Below, piece by piece: positions 1 to 12,300 of a DNA stretch of 64,000 nucleotides. A program made the translations under genes and the position numbers. The notes under the pieces were generated by a model. It was not told the DNA's origin, did not search any database, and saw nothing but the letters and a program-made list of their open reading frames with translations. The stretch comes from Tubulanus polymorphus (Eukaryota > Animalia > Nemertea), in the NCBI RefSeq assembly GCF_964204645.1, contig NC_134033.1, positions 14,826,655 to 14,890,654 of the forward strand. The letters are read 5' to 3'. How positions within the stretch are numbered: the first letter of the stretch is position 1; each line of letters begins with the position of its first letter.

Positions 1-153
1 TTAGGTCGATTCTTTAAAATACTTCGTGAATCCGTATATTGCATCAATTTTTTTATATATTTGGGGACACTGGACGTTTTCAGGAGACAATTCACCACAT
101 TTTTCACCGGTATTTTTTGTAGAAAAAAAATCGAAACCCAACTGAATGAATGA
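1..153 (+). CDS. 3' end (TM7 and C-tail) of a rhodopsin-family GPCR, tandem paralog of 2649..3878; partial at window edge
   Basis: Frame 1 reads LGRFFKILRESVYCINFFIYLGTLDVFRRQFTTFFTGIFCRKKIETQLNE*, nearly identical to the C-terminus of the 409-aa ORF. Confidence 0.85.
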   Translation, partial: LGRFFKILRESVYCINFFIYLGTLDVFRRQFTTFFTGIFCRKKIETQLNE

Positions 154-544
154 AGACGCGTTGAAGTGGAACACCCACAATTACGAAAAAATGATAAAGA
201 GAGTAGTGACGTTTCAGCTATATTCTACGGAAGATTTTCAAAACTATAAAAGCAGTGAAGTTTCAATTACATTCTAAGAAAAATATTTTAAAAACTAAGA
301 GAGAAGTGACGTTTTTGACTTAATCCGTCATGGAGTTGGTCTATTACTGGCCAATGGGTATGGTATCATGTATATTATGTTTGACCAATTCTATGGCTGT
401 CAATCATCCACGCAAGTCTGGCTTTGCCTGACATTTGACGTCCATTATGACGTATGTGAGCTTACACGTAACGTGCTTAGCAATATAGAGAATGTGTGTC
501 TTATATTAATATTAACATCTATCGGACTACTTTGATCGAATGAT
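1..544 (+). repeat. Tandem segmental duplication, copy 1 (copy 2 at about 3726..4256)
   Basis: Base-by-base similarity from ttaggtcgat... to ...ctttgatcgaatgat, covering the GPCR 3' end and downstream flank, with scattered substitutions and small indels. Confidence 0.95.
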
Positions 545-961
545 ATGGAAATTGACCAAACAAGTCAATTAAACTATCTTTTGAATGTTGGTTCTTGACT
601 ATCTCAACTTGTTAGACATACGAAGATTATCGTTTTTAGAATAGTGGGGTGTAGGAAGCTCAACGTTTTCGTGTGGGTTATCAAAATGTAGATGAAGAAG
701 TAGATTATCAATATGATGTTATTAAGAATAAACAAAATGAAGTTTCTGTGAAGGCAAAATAACTGTTAGTAAACAAGGCAAAATGTGCAAAGATAAAGTC
801 TGGTATTTGAGAATATATTCCCTAGACCGACCATTAGATTGCCAGTTTGAATAATTCGATCAGACGATCAATTTGAGAATATTGTTGAACAACGCAAAAA
901 TATGCCCTAATCGGCCACATGTTCTGTTAACTGATTATTGGTTTTAATTCAAAGTTCTCAT

Positions 962-1095
<134 letters not shown>

Positions 1096-1290
1096 ACCGA
1101 AGACTCTTCAGATACAATTTATCCGTTACAATATTTTCTTTTGAATACCGTGCACCGATAACTGCATACTCGAAGACGGATTGTGTAGCTCTCGAAAACC
1201 TGATCGTTGAGGATAAGAGCGCGTAGGAACAAGTGTCATCAACAGGACGAAGAAAACGAAGTGCTTGTTTCAAGAGGGTGATATGATTAT

Positions 1291-1391
1291 CATAAATACG
1301 AACGTACACCAGGGATCAGTGGAAAAGAAGTTCCACAAGCTCCACTCTACAGATTGACATTTAGTCCAGCAAAGCAACCAGTTAAATAGAG
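1291..1391 (+). promoter_or_regulatory. Putative core promoter and non-coding first exon of the Cys-rich peptide gene
   Basis: TATA-like cataaat at 1291, initiator-like TCAGT at 1316-1320, strong donor gag|GTAAGT at 1391/1392, matching acceptor ttgtag|ATG at 1776/1777. Confidence 0.45.
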
Positions 1392-1776
1392 GTAAGTTTT
1401 CTATTTATTTATTTTTTAATCAAAGCATCTCCTGGGCATGTGTGTGTAAACATTAAAATGCACCCAGTAATATTCAACATGGAAAAACCCTTTTTTTCAT
1501 TACTAGTAAAGCTGCTTCGAGGTTTATTCCGAGTTTGCTCGAAGTAAAATTCGAAAATGATATTTCAGTTGAAAAAGAAGTTTGCATATTTGCTAACAAC
1601 GATGTCATCATTTTCCGATATGATGGCAGCCTTGTTTCTCGATTCAGTCCAGACATAGAAATCCTAGGCCACCAATGCGTTGCGTCGATCTGTAACTTGG
1701 AAATATTATTAATATAATACGAGTCGTTTTATGCATCGATATTTTCATTCATTTGTTCGCTTGTTCATCTTTGTAG

Positions 1777-1986
1777 ATGACGCCGAAATTCGCCAGTGCC
1801 TTCCTTGTAGTCGCGTTACTGGTTAGCGTGACCATTCTTGTTCCGACGCCAGTGACGGCCGGGCAGCAATGTGCCATACGGAGATTGACCGGCTTTTGCG
1901 TCAACTGCGAGAAACAATGTTCGGTTCAATTCGAGGAGTGTTGCAATGACCCGTCTAGTTGCATTCAGGTTCCTCCTTGTCTGTGA
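1777..1986 (+). CDS. Small secreted cysteine-rich peptide (69 aa, 8 Cys), family unassigned
   Basis: Hydrophobic signal peptide MTPKFASAFLVVALLVSVTILVPTPVTAG, then QQCAIRRLTGFCVNCEKQCSVQFEECCNDPSSCIQVPPCL; splice acceptor directly before ATG; AATAAA at 2069-2074. Confidence 0.8.
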   Translation: MTPKFASAFLVVALLVSVTILVPTPVTAGQQCAIRRLTGFCVNCEKQCSVQFEECCNDPSSCIQVPPCL

Positions 1987-2648
1987 AATGCTATCGATAT
2001 CGTGTATTCGCTGAATTCGATGAATTATCGATATTCTAAGCATAAACGTATGAATTAGTTCTACGTATAATAAAGAATTCATAAAAACAAAATGTCCTTT
2101 TTGTGGATCTTATACGTATGTTGTTATGATTGAGCTTGCATCCGGCGTATCAAGAATGACTCGATTTTTAGCGTATCATCCAGATGGGTCTATCATCCTA
2201 TAGGTTTGATCTTCTCTATGCTTTTCCGATTAAATTTACTTTCGAGGATTCTTAAGCGTTTGAATATCAATAGTGAAAAGAATGATCACTAGAGAAAATG
2301 AAATAAAACTGAACTGAAATGGAATTTTGCTCCAAGATATTCAATATAACGTGTAAACTACGATGTAAAAATAGCTTTTGATGTGACTTCTGTATTCCAA
2401 AAGTGGAATTCGTTCATCGAGTTTTGCCTGATTATGTCAGAGGTCCCCTTGCTTTCCTTTCAACAATGTCTAGGGGCACACGTACACAGTGGAATCCTAT
2501 GTATATACGCGTACATGTCTCTTGTTCCCACTCCCTTAAAAATGAACACACCAAGCTATGCCACGGCGCTGATGCTGTGTAAGCGTTTTTTAAATTTCAG
2601 AGCAGTCTGAACAGGGAGCGGAGGCAAGAATAGTTCGCGCAGTCACCA

Positions 2649-3878
2649 ATGCCTGTAATCATGGATAACTTGACGAACTTCGCTACTCCAACTTTGCGGG
2701 TGTATACTGTTAGACCTCGAAATATCTTCACTCCATTCGCCAGCTTTGCGTTTCGTATGGATTACTATATAACGCGGATCATTCACTTGTTAGTCTATCC
2801 GCTGGGCTGCGCGTTTAACTGGTTAACTATCATTTTGTTGCTTAAGTGTCGTAGATTTCAATCGGTTCGTAACACATTTCCTTATCTTATGACTCTCGCT
2901 GTTTCAGATCAACTCGTCGTATTGTTTGGTTTGTCCTGGTTTCCAGGTTGGATGAGAGACCTACTCGTCGATATTGGACTCATTCCGAGGGAATGCAATG
3001 GTTTCATGATTCATCTTCATCAACGAAACAAATGTCCACTACTTTACAATTTTTGGTACTATTTTTCCTATCTTCCACGAAGATGGATCCCTATCTGTTT
3101 ACTAAAATCACTATTCTACAACCAGTCAATATCTATATCTAACTACATAGTTGTTGTAATTGCTATTGAAAGATTCGTTTCTATTCGTTTCCCTTTCTTT
3201 CACATGAGACATTTCACTGTCACCAAACGTAGAATAGCTGTATGTGTTGTGTTACTGGTTTCATATATAATTAATTGGTATGACACTATTAGATACAATG
3301 TCGTTATTGTCGTCAATAGACGAGGATATAACGAAACATTAGGTTTCATTATGTGCAGCACCACCCAATGGATGCGGATTACCCGTTCCCAGGAAGGAAT
3401 GATTAAAACTGTTCAATTATTCTTTCAGAACATACTGCCATCATTCTTGATCGTCGTAGCATCAGTTTTAACTGCTGTATCACGTGCTGGGAAGTCGAGA
3501 GGCCTGATCGAAACGAGAACAGATCGTCATAAACCTTCAGCCAGTAAAACTCTTCTTGTTGTAGTAATTACGTATATGTTACTGGTTTTACCAAATTCGA
3601 TGTGTACCTTAATGGCCAACTTCAACGAATTCATTATGGATACTCTCTGGCTCAATCGGGGTATACCACTTTTCTCGGTCCTATCTCGCACCAGCTATTA
3701 CGTTCTCAGAAATTTCGCGTACGATTTAGGTCGATTTTTTAAAATACTTCGCGAATCCGTATATTGCATCAATTTCTTTATATATTTGGGGACACTGGGC
3801 GTTTTCAGGAGACAATTCACCAAAATTTTCACGGGTAATTTTTGTAAGAAAAAATCGAAATCAAAACCGAATGAATGA
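2649..3878 (+). CDS. Intronless rhodopsin-family (class A) GPCR, FMRFamide/sex-peptide-receptor-like orphan or chemoreceptor
   Basis: 409 aa with seven hydrophobic segments; TM1 G..N, TM2 LAVSD, TM3 IAIERFVSIRFP (DRY equivalent), TM5 LP, TM6 LP, TM7 INFFIY, helix 8 FRRQF. Confidence 0.9.
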   Translation: MPVIMDNLTNFATPTLRVYTVRPRNIFTPFASFAFRMDYYITRIIHLLVYPLGCAFNWLTIILLLKCRRFQSVRNTFPYLMTLAVSDQLVVLFGLSWFPGWMRDLLVDIGLIPRECNGFMIHLHQRNKCPLLYNFWYYFSYLPRRWIPICLLKSLFYNQSISISNYIVVVIAIERFVSIRFPFFHMRHFTVTKRRIAVCVVLLVSYIINWYDTIRYNVVIVVNRRGYNETLGFIMCSTTQWMRITRSQEGMIKTVQLFFQNILPSFLIVVASVLTAVSRAGKSRGLIETRTDRHKPSASKTLLVVVITYMLLVLPNSMCTLMANFNEFIMDTLWLNRGIPLFSVLSRTSYYVLRNFAYDLGRFFKILRESVYCINFFIYLGTLGVFRRQFTKIFTGNFCKKKSKSKPNE

Positions 3879-4373
3879 AGACGCGTTGAAGTGGAATACC
3901 CACAATTACGAAGAAATGATAAAGAGAGTAGTGACGTTTCAGCTATATTCTACCGAGGATTTTCAAAACTAAGAAAGCAGTGACATTTCAACTATATTCT
4001 AGGGAAAGATTTTCAAAACTAAGAGAGAAGTGACGTTTTTGACTTCATCAGTCATGGAGTTGGTCTATTACTGGCCAATGGGTATGGTATCACATATATC
4101 TGTTTGACCAATTCTATCGCTGTCAATCATCCACGTAAGTCTCGCTTGAAGTCCATTATGTGAGCTTACACGTAACGTGCTTAGCAATATAGAGAATGCG
4201 TGTCTTAATCATTATTATTAATATTAACATCTATCGCACTACTTTGATCGAATGATCCTTGAATTCTTTTGACAAGTTTATACGCGACTAATTCTTTAAG
4301 CAGATTGTATCGGCACATTACTGCGTGACGTTTTAACCTTGTGACTTATTGACTGAGCAATGCTTTTCGTAAA

Positions 4374-7300
4374 ATGGCGGTGCTACGCGCGTTCGGTTGC
4401 CATTCCGTATTTCTTCTTGTATCCGTCGGCTATATTTTCTCTTATGACCTGACGATTTTGCACACGAATGATGTTCACGCCCGCTTCGAGACTTCGAACA
4501 AGTACGGCGGAGCGTGCGGGCGGGATGGCGACTGCTTCGGGGGCGTCGCCAGACGGATGACGAAAATTCGAGAAATACGAAATAACTACACGAACACGTT
4601 GCTACTAGATGCCGGTGATCAGTACCAGGGAACTTTATGGTTTTACATCTACAAAGGCCAGGCGGCTGCTTTGTTCATGAATCTTTTAGGTTACGATGCT
4701 ATGGTAAGTCTAATGCGGGTGAAAACGAAATGATGATAGTGATGTTTGGTGTTTAATTTGGTAGCATTATGCGCTTATCCAGATGTAGAGTGTCCTAGTA
4801 AGTGGAAAAATATGGTCGAAAAAAATTATTGGAGGGATTCCATTCATTGTATGTACGTACAGTATATATTGTATATATTGATATACTAAGGATACAACAA
4901 AAATCTCTAGCTGTGCTGTACATATACGTATAAACTGGTGGTTCTGATTCCCTAAAGCTTTCTTTGATGTCGTAGGCTAACTTATCAAATATTTCTTTGA
5001 AATATTCTGTATTGACTGCTGTAATGTTTTGGAATCGTGAATTAAACAGGAATTCATGTATTAAAGAGGTCAACGGATATCAATCACAACTGGTTTCGTA
5101 TTCACCGCACCGACACGAAAGAAGACAAAAACGAATTTATTAATTTGTATCTGCTTCAGTAAAGCGTATTCCATTCGGCAGCCTAAATGTACAGTTTGAA
5201 GTTCATTGAAAAAATATCGATCAATCCGGCCATAACTGTGGTATTATTTTTGTTTCAAAAAATTTCAGGCGTTCGGTAACCACGAATTTGACAACGGCGT
5301 CGACGGATTGTCGCCTCTCCTCGATAATGCCACATTCGCGCTGCTTAGTTGCAACATCGACGCCACTAATGTGCCGAAAATGGCCGCTAAGCTCCACAAG
5401 TCGAAAGTATTCACAGTTGGCGGAGAAAGGATCGGCATCATCGGATATACGACCAGAGATACGCCAGATATATCAAATCCAGGTAGTGAGCAATTTTAGC
5501 CAATTTTATCAACTTTTTTATAAGTATATTGACGAAAAAGAAAATGACTAGACCAACTATTTCTTTGCTGCAAACGGTTTTTTATTTTCACTGCACCTTA
5601 TTACGAAGAAAATACTTCTTTGAATCGTAAATGATTTTTTTCTAACTTCAGGAGACCTGAAATTTACCGATGAGGTTCAGGCTATACAACTCGAGGTCGA
5701 TGCATTAATTCGGCAAGGCATCAACAAGATCATCGCTCTCGGACATTCCGGTTTCGATGTTGACTTGAACATTGCCAAATCGGTTGTAGGACTCGATATC
5801 GTGGTCGGAGGTCACACCAATACGTTCCTCTATAACGGTAAGCCTTTTGCCTAAGGGAAGACAACTTGCTCACTTAATATTTTGAGGATATAATGTTTAT
5901 TTCCATTCATTAAAAAAACAATTGTGCCAAGTGCTCTTTAAGGTTTCCTTATGAGAAAAAAAATTATTCGTCCACTGATCATGTTTATTCAAAAAACGCC
6001 GTTTTGATGACATAGTGCTAGGTTGTAGGCCTGCCTTCACTCACTATTTGGAGTCGGTTTGTATCATTCAAAAATGGTCATTTGTTACCGAGAACACTGT
6101 AGAATTCGCTATCAAGCCGATTAAGCTGTAAAATTATGTTTCAGGCAAACAACCTTCAAACGATATACCCGTTGGCACCTATCCACAAATTGTCGTCCAA
6201 AGCAATGGAAACAAAGTTCTCGTCGTCCAAGATTACGCGTTTGGTAAATATCTAGGACTTCTGCACCTCACTTTCGATGCTACTGGAACCGTCACCAGCT
6301 GGTCGGGGAATCCTGTACTTCTGGACAGCACCATTCCGGAAGGTAAGTACAGGACCATTCGAACATTACTGGGTTTACTGTTGAAAATAAATGCAGTTTT
6401 TAAAGTAAATTGTTACAAATTTTCATTGATATTCGACCCGCACATTGTCAACTTTGCTGCCATGTAAAGATACGTCACTATTTTCAACAGCGTAGATAGA
6501 GAATGCCACGGTAATCAGGACTTTTCCGATAGGCAAAATACGAAACGAAAAAAAGAAATTTTTAACGGTCACTTTATCTATTGACCTTATGATTTTTTAA
6601 TTGTTCAGATCCGATAGTTCTGAATAGGACGAACATTTGGAAAGAAAACTTGATGAAACATCGCAATACAACTGTCGGGCGCACGCATGTTTTTCTCGAC
6701 GGGGCGAAGCACAGTTGCAGGCTCGCTGAATGCAACATGGGTAGATGAAATATGATCATATTGATTATAGTACCAAAGCTTACACACTTATTCTGCATGT
6801 ACTGCATGTCGCATGTATTCTCGAGACGAAATGCCCGGCTGAATGAACCACATCGATATTTGTGTGTGTTTCACTTGCAGGTAATCTGATAAGTGATGGT
6901 TTAGTAATGCAGAATCTACGCCATCCGGACGGAAGTCAATGGACTAATGTCTCTATAGCGCTTGTAAATAGTGGATCGATCAGAAACTCGCTAACCGAAG
7001 GTAATAGACAGATATTGTATCATCCATTGCTCATAGTCTTGTTTCTTCTAAAATGTCCATTGTCTTTTTGATACGCTCTTGCGTTCCTCGGCTAACTCCG
7101 ATAACCTAAATCCGCCCCAATATGACCTACGCGAACAATAGGTGATGCCTCAACTTCAGCCTCAACCGGCTTATGGCCCAACACCTGCTCGTTGATGGAA
7201 CTGTCATGCTTCGACCTTTTTGGCTTTTTAAAAACTTTTTCTTAAAAGACCGTGCGCGCTTAAACGGTATGGATGAGAGCCTTGAAGCCATCAAGATTCT

Positions 7301-8429
7301 CAGCTGCAGTTACTAACTCCGGCAGGTCATTCCAATTTCTGATAGTTCTCTGGTACGTCCGTGCTTCACACCATGCGAACATCGCCTGGTATAAGAAAGG
7401 GTATTCATAACCTGCGTACCGGCTCTGCGTCGATACTATAAAAGATGTTTTTTCTTTTTTTCAACTTGTATCACAATATTTGTGGTGCTGCTTCAGGATA
7501 TATAACATTGGAAGACGTCGTAGCCACGCAACCGTTTAGAAACGGAATTGACATCGTTGAATTGGAAGGGCGCCATCTATTGTCGGTATTGGAGCATTCG
7601 GTCAGTAACTACAACACCGTGGCACCAAACGGAGGCTTCATGCAAATGTCAGGTAAACATGTACCGATCAGGATTCGCGTGGGTTCGAGTCCCGATTTTC
7701 GCAAGTCGTTCGCATGTTTTTCTTTATTTTCACAGGGCTCATCGTTCATTATGATCTGAGCAAACCGGTCGGTCAACGAGTTGTGAAAGTCGACGTGCGA
7801 TGCTCCGCTTGTCGAGTACCAGAGTTCGAGCCGTTGCAGGTTTCCAGGGTTTACGGAGTACTGATACCCGGTTTTATCATCAAGGGCGGTGACGGCTATA
7901 CGATGATTGAAAAGATCATGCACAGACATCATATAAACGGTAACGTCTTTTTCCCGCCGAAGATGACTTCGAGTTTCCTACGTGTGAAAATTGTGGAAAT
8001 AATCTAGAGCCAATATTTAGACGGGTCTCAACTTAAAGTAAAGAAAAGAGCTTCGACTGGTCTTAAGTTACTTACGTACTAGATCGGCCATAGAACTAAT
8101 GATCTAATGAGCGAAAAGACTAATTGTAAGGTTAAGATTGAAGAAATGGGTTAACAAAATATAAAACTTACTGCTCATAAAATTTGAATGGCACAAGTGC
8201 TCAAATACAGTAATTCATAGATATTTTTATAGGTGACCTTGATAGCGACGTTCTGGCCGAGTACATAAAGAAAAGAAGTCCGATAATACAAGGATTGGAG
8301 GGACGAATCGTATTTATAACTGAAGAAGACAAACGGAAACGTGTGACATGCGCGGCATCAACTCGTAAACCCACCACGTGTATATCTGCAGTATTGACTT
8401 TACTATTGCTAATTTTCCTACGTATGTAA
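4374..8429 (+). CDS. NT5E: Ecto-5'-nucleotidase (CD73/apyrase family), signal peptide and GPI-type C-terminus; exons 4374-4703, 5269-5482, 5652-5837, 6145-6342, 6609-6740, 6881-7000, 7497-7652, 7736-7939, 8233-8429
   Basis: Motifs LTILHTNDVHARF, LLLDAGDQYQGT, GNHEFD, ALGHSG, VVGGHTNTFLY, GKYLG, CRLAECNMGNLI, NSGSIR, GGDGY, EGRI; all junctions GT-AG and in frame; hydrophobic tail SAVLTLLLLIFLRM. Confidence 0.95.
7260..7430 (-). mobile_element. Decayed 3' fragment of a CR1/L2-type non-LTR retrotransposon in NT5E intron 6
   Basis: Minus strand reads YQRTIRNWNDLPELVTAAENLDGFKALIHTV*, matching the RTIxxWNxLP...FK C-terminus typical of CR1-clade ORF2. Confidence 0.65.
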
Positions 8430-8748
8430 ATCGAGTAGACTTTGTCTTTTAGATGTTTCTTTTCCAACATGGAGTCAAATCATCAAGATTACGTGTATCT
8501 GAAAATTATGCTTGTTGTTTATAAATCTATTCATATCCACTTCATTTATATCTGTATCTCAGATGATTTATATACACGTAGTCTATTTCATAATAAGTGT
8601 TTATTTTTGTAAAGTGCTCAGGTTAGGTTAACCGCTGTTTGAAATATGTTAAACTATGGGTAACTGACAGTCCATTACCCAGCTTCACAGCTACGAACAA
8701 TTACTTTACATTTGCTCATTGATCTGATTCCTTTATTACGTATATGTG

Positions 8749-8751
<3 letters not shown>

Positions 8752-8840
<89 letters not shown>
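8752..8840. repeat. (AT)n microsatellite
   Basis: Pure AT run. Confidence 0.99.
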
Positions 8841-8844
<4 letters not shown>

Positions 8845-9358
8845 ATAAATTGCTTTTCGCATTATTTGAATAAATTAGCATTTGAGGAAATGATCAGTCC
8901 TGGTTAGCTGCGTGGGTTAGAACCACCAAGGGAGTAAAGCAACGGGTATGAAGAATCGTAGGAGGTTGCGTGGAAGTTGAGGTGTCAAGAGTGCGTATTA
9001 GAAGTTTAGAGATCAGAGTATATAGAGTTTAGTGTAGGAATGCATTCCTTTCCATCTGTCATTAATAGACGCGAGTGTTGAAGGGACAATGCCAGTAAGG
9101 AGAGACCTGGGGAAGGACAATCTCGAAGAATAAAGACAATATTATGCATTTGCAAAAGGTTATAAAAGCCTGTATCATTTAGTTCTAGTCAAGAATATTT
9201 TGTAAGCCCAAATATAGCGGAACTCCTAAATCTGTGTAGGTGTTTAAATAGTTCACGTGTACCCCCAGACAAATTCAGGCAACGGAGGTGTAGGCAGAGT
9301 GCGTGAGGGGAGAGGAGACGTGTAGAGAGGATGAGATGTAGAGGGTCATGCAGGTTGA

Positions 9359-12300
9359 TTAAACACAGCGCCACTGGTAGTAAGTGACCTCGTCCTGCGG
9401 ACTGGTCGGTGCCGCTAACTCTGCAGCCGTTCTTAAAGCGGTATAGTAATAACACGTGTGGGTGGTTAAACTTGGGTTTGAGATGTTCACGAACGGATAC
9501 GCGTCGAACGAAACGCATTGCGGCACTTTCAAACATCGGTCCGTGCACTCCACTGAAAAATATCAACTAAACAATGTTATTCGTACATGTATCAATCTGC
9601 TTCCAGTACCCAGCCCTCGGACTGTATCAGTCTGCTGCTTGTGCCCAGCCCTCGGACTGTATCAATCTGCTGCCAGTACCCAGCCCTCGGACAGTATCAG
9701 TCTGCTGCTTGTGCCCAGCCCTCGGACTGTATCAATCTGCTGCCAGTACCCAGGCCTCGGACTGTATCAATCTGCTGCTTGTACCACCAGGCCTTGGACT
9801 GTATCAGCCTGCTGCCTGTACCACCAGCCCTCGGACAGTATCAGTCTGCTGCTTGTGCCCAGCCCTCGGACTGTATCAATCTTCTGCCAGTACCCAGGCC
9901 TCGGACTGTATCAATCTGCTGCTTGTACCACCAGGCCTTGGACTGTATCAGCCTGCTGCCTGTACCACCAGCCCTCGGATTACACTGGAAATTGAAACTT
10001 ACGCAGTCCATTCTGAGTAGTCTTACTCTCAACGCCTGTGTAGGACGTATAGTCATTTCTCCGACCGACTTGCATCGGACCCTCCCACGCCAACGAGGTA
10101 CCAGCACTGCAATTACCCTCTACAAACGCAACATACATTTATTAAAAGAACAACCGTAAAATGCGGAATGCCCAAAAAAGAAAGAAGAAAAAAGATGTAT
10201 GATATTTACCGGTAGGTTTTGGTGATTGAGCGCTAGCTGTGGAATAAAATAAAATTAGTTAATATGTAACCATAAGGTTGGACAATTAAAATCGCTTTGA
10301 TCATCTCGGTCTTGTTTTATAGACTGATATTACCTTTAACCCTGGGGCTACCTCAACTCATTTTCAATTGAGTTAGCCCTCGGGTTGAAGGTAATGCCAG
10401 TCTGTAAAACTGGCCCCTGGATATTCAGTTCCACAGTTCTGATGGTTACTTACGTACCCAAGCAATAGGTCCATTTTCTATCTGCGTCATAATCGGAAGT
10501 AGTTGAACACCAGGTCTGATTGGAGTGATACGGAACACACGTGTCCCAAATACTACCTCCGAATTTATACGGGAACTTACAGTCAGAAAGTGGATCGTTC
10601 CCGCCTGCCGTTTCCAAAGTAATATCTGTAAATGAATGAAACGCGACGATACGATTAATGTCCAACGTTGTTGATAGATGGCGCAATAGATTTTTACGCG
10701 TTTTCCAAATCGTGTCTTTCTTTTTTTAGAAGTGTTTTCTTAAACCTTTCAATGCTGACTATCTACATGTAATAGACTAATAGCGCCAGAGATATTTTTT
10801 TCAAAATTTCACCTTACTATGTTATATAATGGGTAGCCTGGACTGTAGCGCGTCTACACCGCTACACCGCAGTAGGGTGTATCTTTAGTTATCAATTTTT
10901 AAACTGTGTCTGACAGATGCTGCCATTTTTCATTGTTGGTTTAAACTAATTACTAATTATATCAATACGATGCAATGTGGTGTACTAGCAAAGTCCATCG
11001 CCGATTTAAATGTGGGTTTGACGCACTGATAGGGTTAAACATGGTGTCGAATCAGTAAACATAGAGGTAGATAGTACTTTGTAGGTAAACTAGTTTTACT
11101 CAAAGATAAGGGCTTTCATTTGTTAGTACATTTTACATTTTGTAATGGCCTGTGAAAATAGTCGGGGCAAAATAATCTTATCTTATCCAAACTAATCTTA
11201 TCATATTTTATCTTATCTTGTAGAATTTCTTACTTGTGCAATAACGCCACAGATAGTCCGCGTTATAATCCGGTGTCAATGAGCACCAAGGTCGCGTGGA
11301 GAAAGCGAAATCGCAGCCGGTTATATTTTGACCTCGATACAGAAAAGATGGCGAACACGCCGGTTTAGGCTGTTTCGATTTCCACTCTTCATCTATAAAG
11401 TTAAGTAATGGTTTCAAATTTATGGTTATTCAAGGGGTCAGTTTTCAACGTCAATGACGGGTTCCGGCACCGCGGCTACTGTGGCATCCGTCAGGTTGAC
11501 TAGTAGTTGCTCCCTGATCTTCTACATTCGTTTAAAATCGAATCAACATTTCTCATTATCAAATCATATATTGCTGCGGACTTGAAAGCGACTAGAAAAT
11601 TGATCTTGATATTTTAGAGACGATCGTCATTTGGATTCAGCAGCCTAAAAATCCCAGTTCTAAGTCGTTTGAAAATGGATGAATTAAATTTTAAATTTGC
11701 CAGAGCATAACCGAAAGTTAGTCCACTGTTGAGATAGGTAGCTGGTGGTGCCGGGCGCCGACGATGCGGTTATTATAACTTACAATCGGCTAAATCTGAT
11801 TTCTTTATCGCTGAAAAGGTAAAATAAACGATACGAACATGAATCTGAAAATACGTTTTGAAAAGAATCGAATAAATACGTTATGATTGCGATACTCACA
11901 TCTACAAAAGCTCCAAGTTTTTTCTTGGTCATAGTTGGCCGTAGTAGAACACCACGGTATATCCGAATAAGACGTTATACAAGTAGAAATATTTACGCCA
12001 GCGAATAGAAACGGGAATTGACAAGGTTCACCTCCCGTATTGCCTCCATATTCAACCCTCATCCAATCTACATAATTCGTACAATTTTACAATTTTTCAA
12101 TTTTATTCGTACAATCAGCGATTGAAGCAAATTTCCAGAGAGATATGCTTACGTTTATATCCTCCCCCCAGCTGGGATTCGAACCCGATGGCATCGCGCT
12201 ACACTCAGCCACGGCACGACACCTGCCACACTAGACCGGGTGCGCAGTTTGCGGCACCAAAGCGAAAACTTGCGGCACCAATCAGATTGATCGTTATATA

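Noticed and set aside
9589-9979. CRISPR-like regular repeat (also 40236-40632, 42335-42725, 34200-34482)
   Set aside because: No unique spacers, no cas genes, eukaryotic intronic context; ordinary minisatellites.
9456-10159. Cys-rich repetitive plus-strand ORFs resembling keratin-associated or metallothionein-like proteins
   Set aside because: Open in all three frames because of a stop-poor minisatellite in the last intron of the minus-strand FN2-PAN gene.
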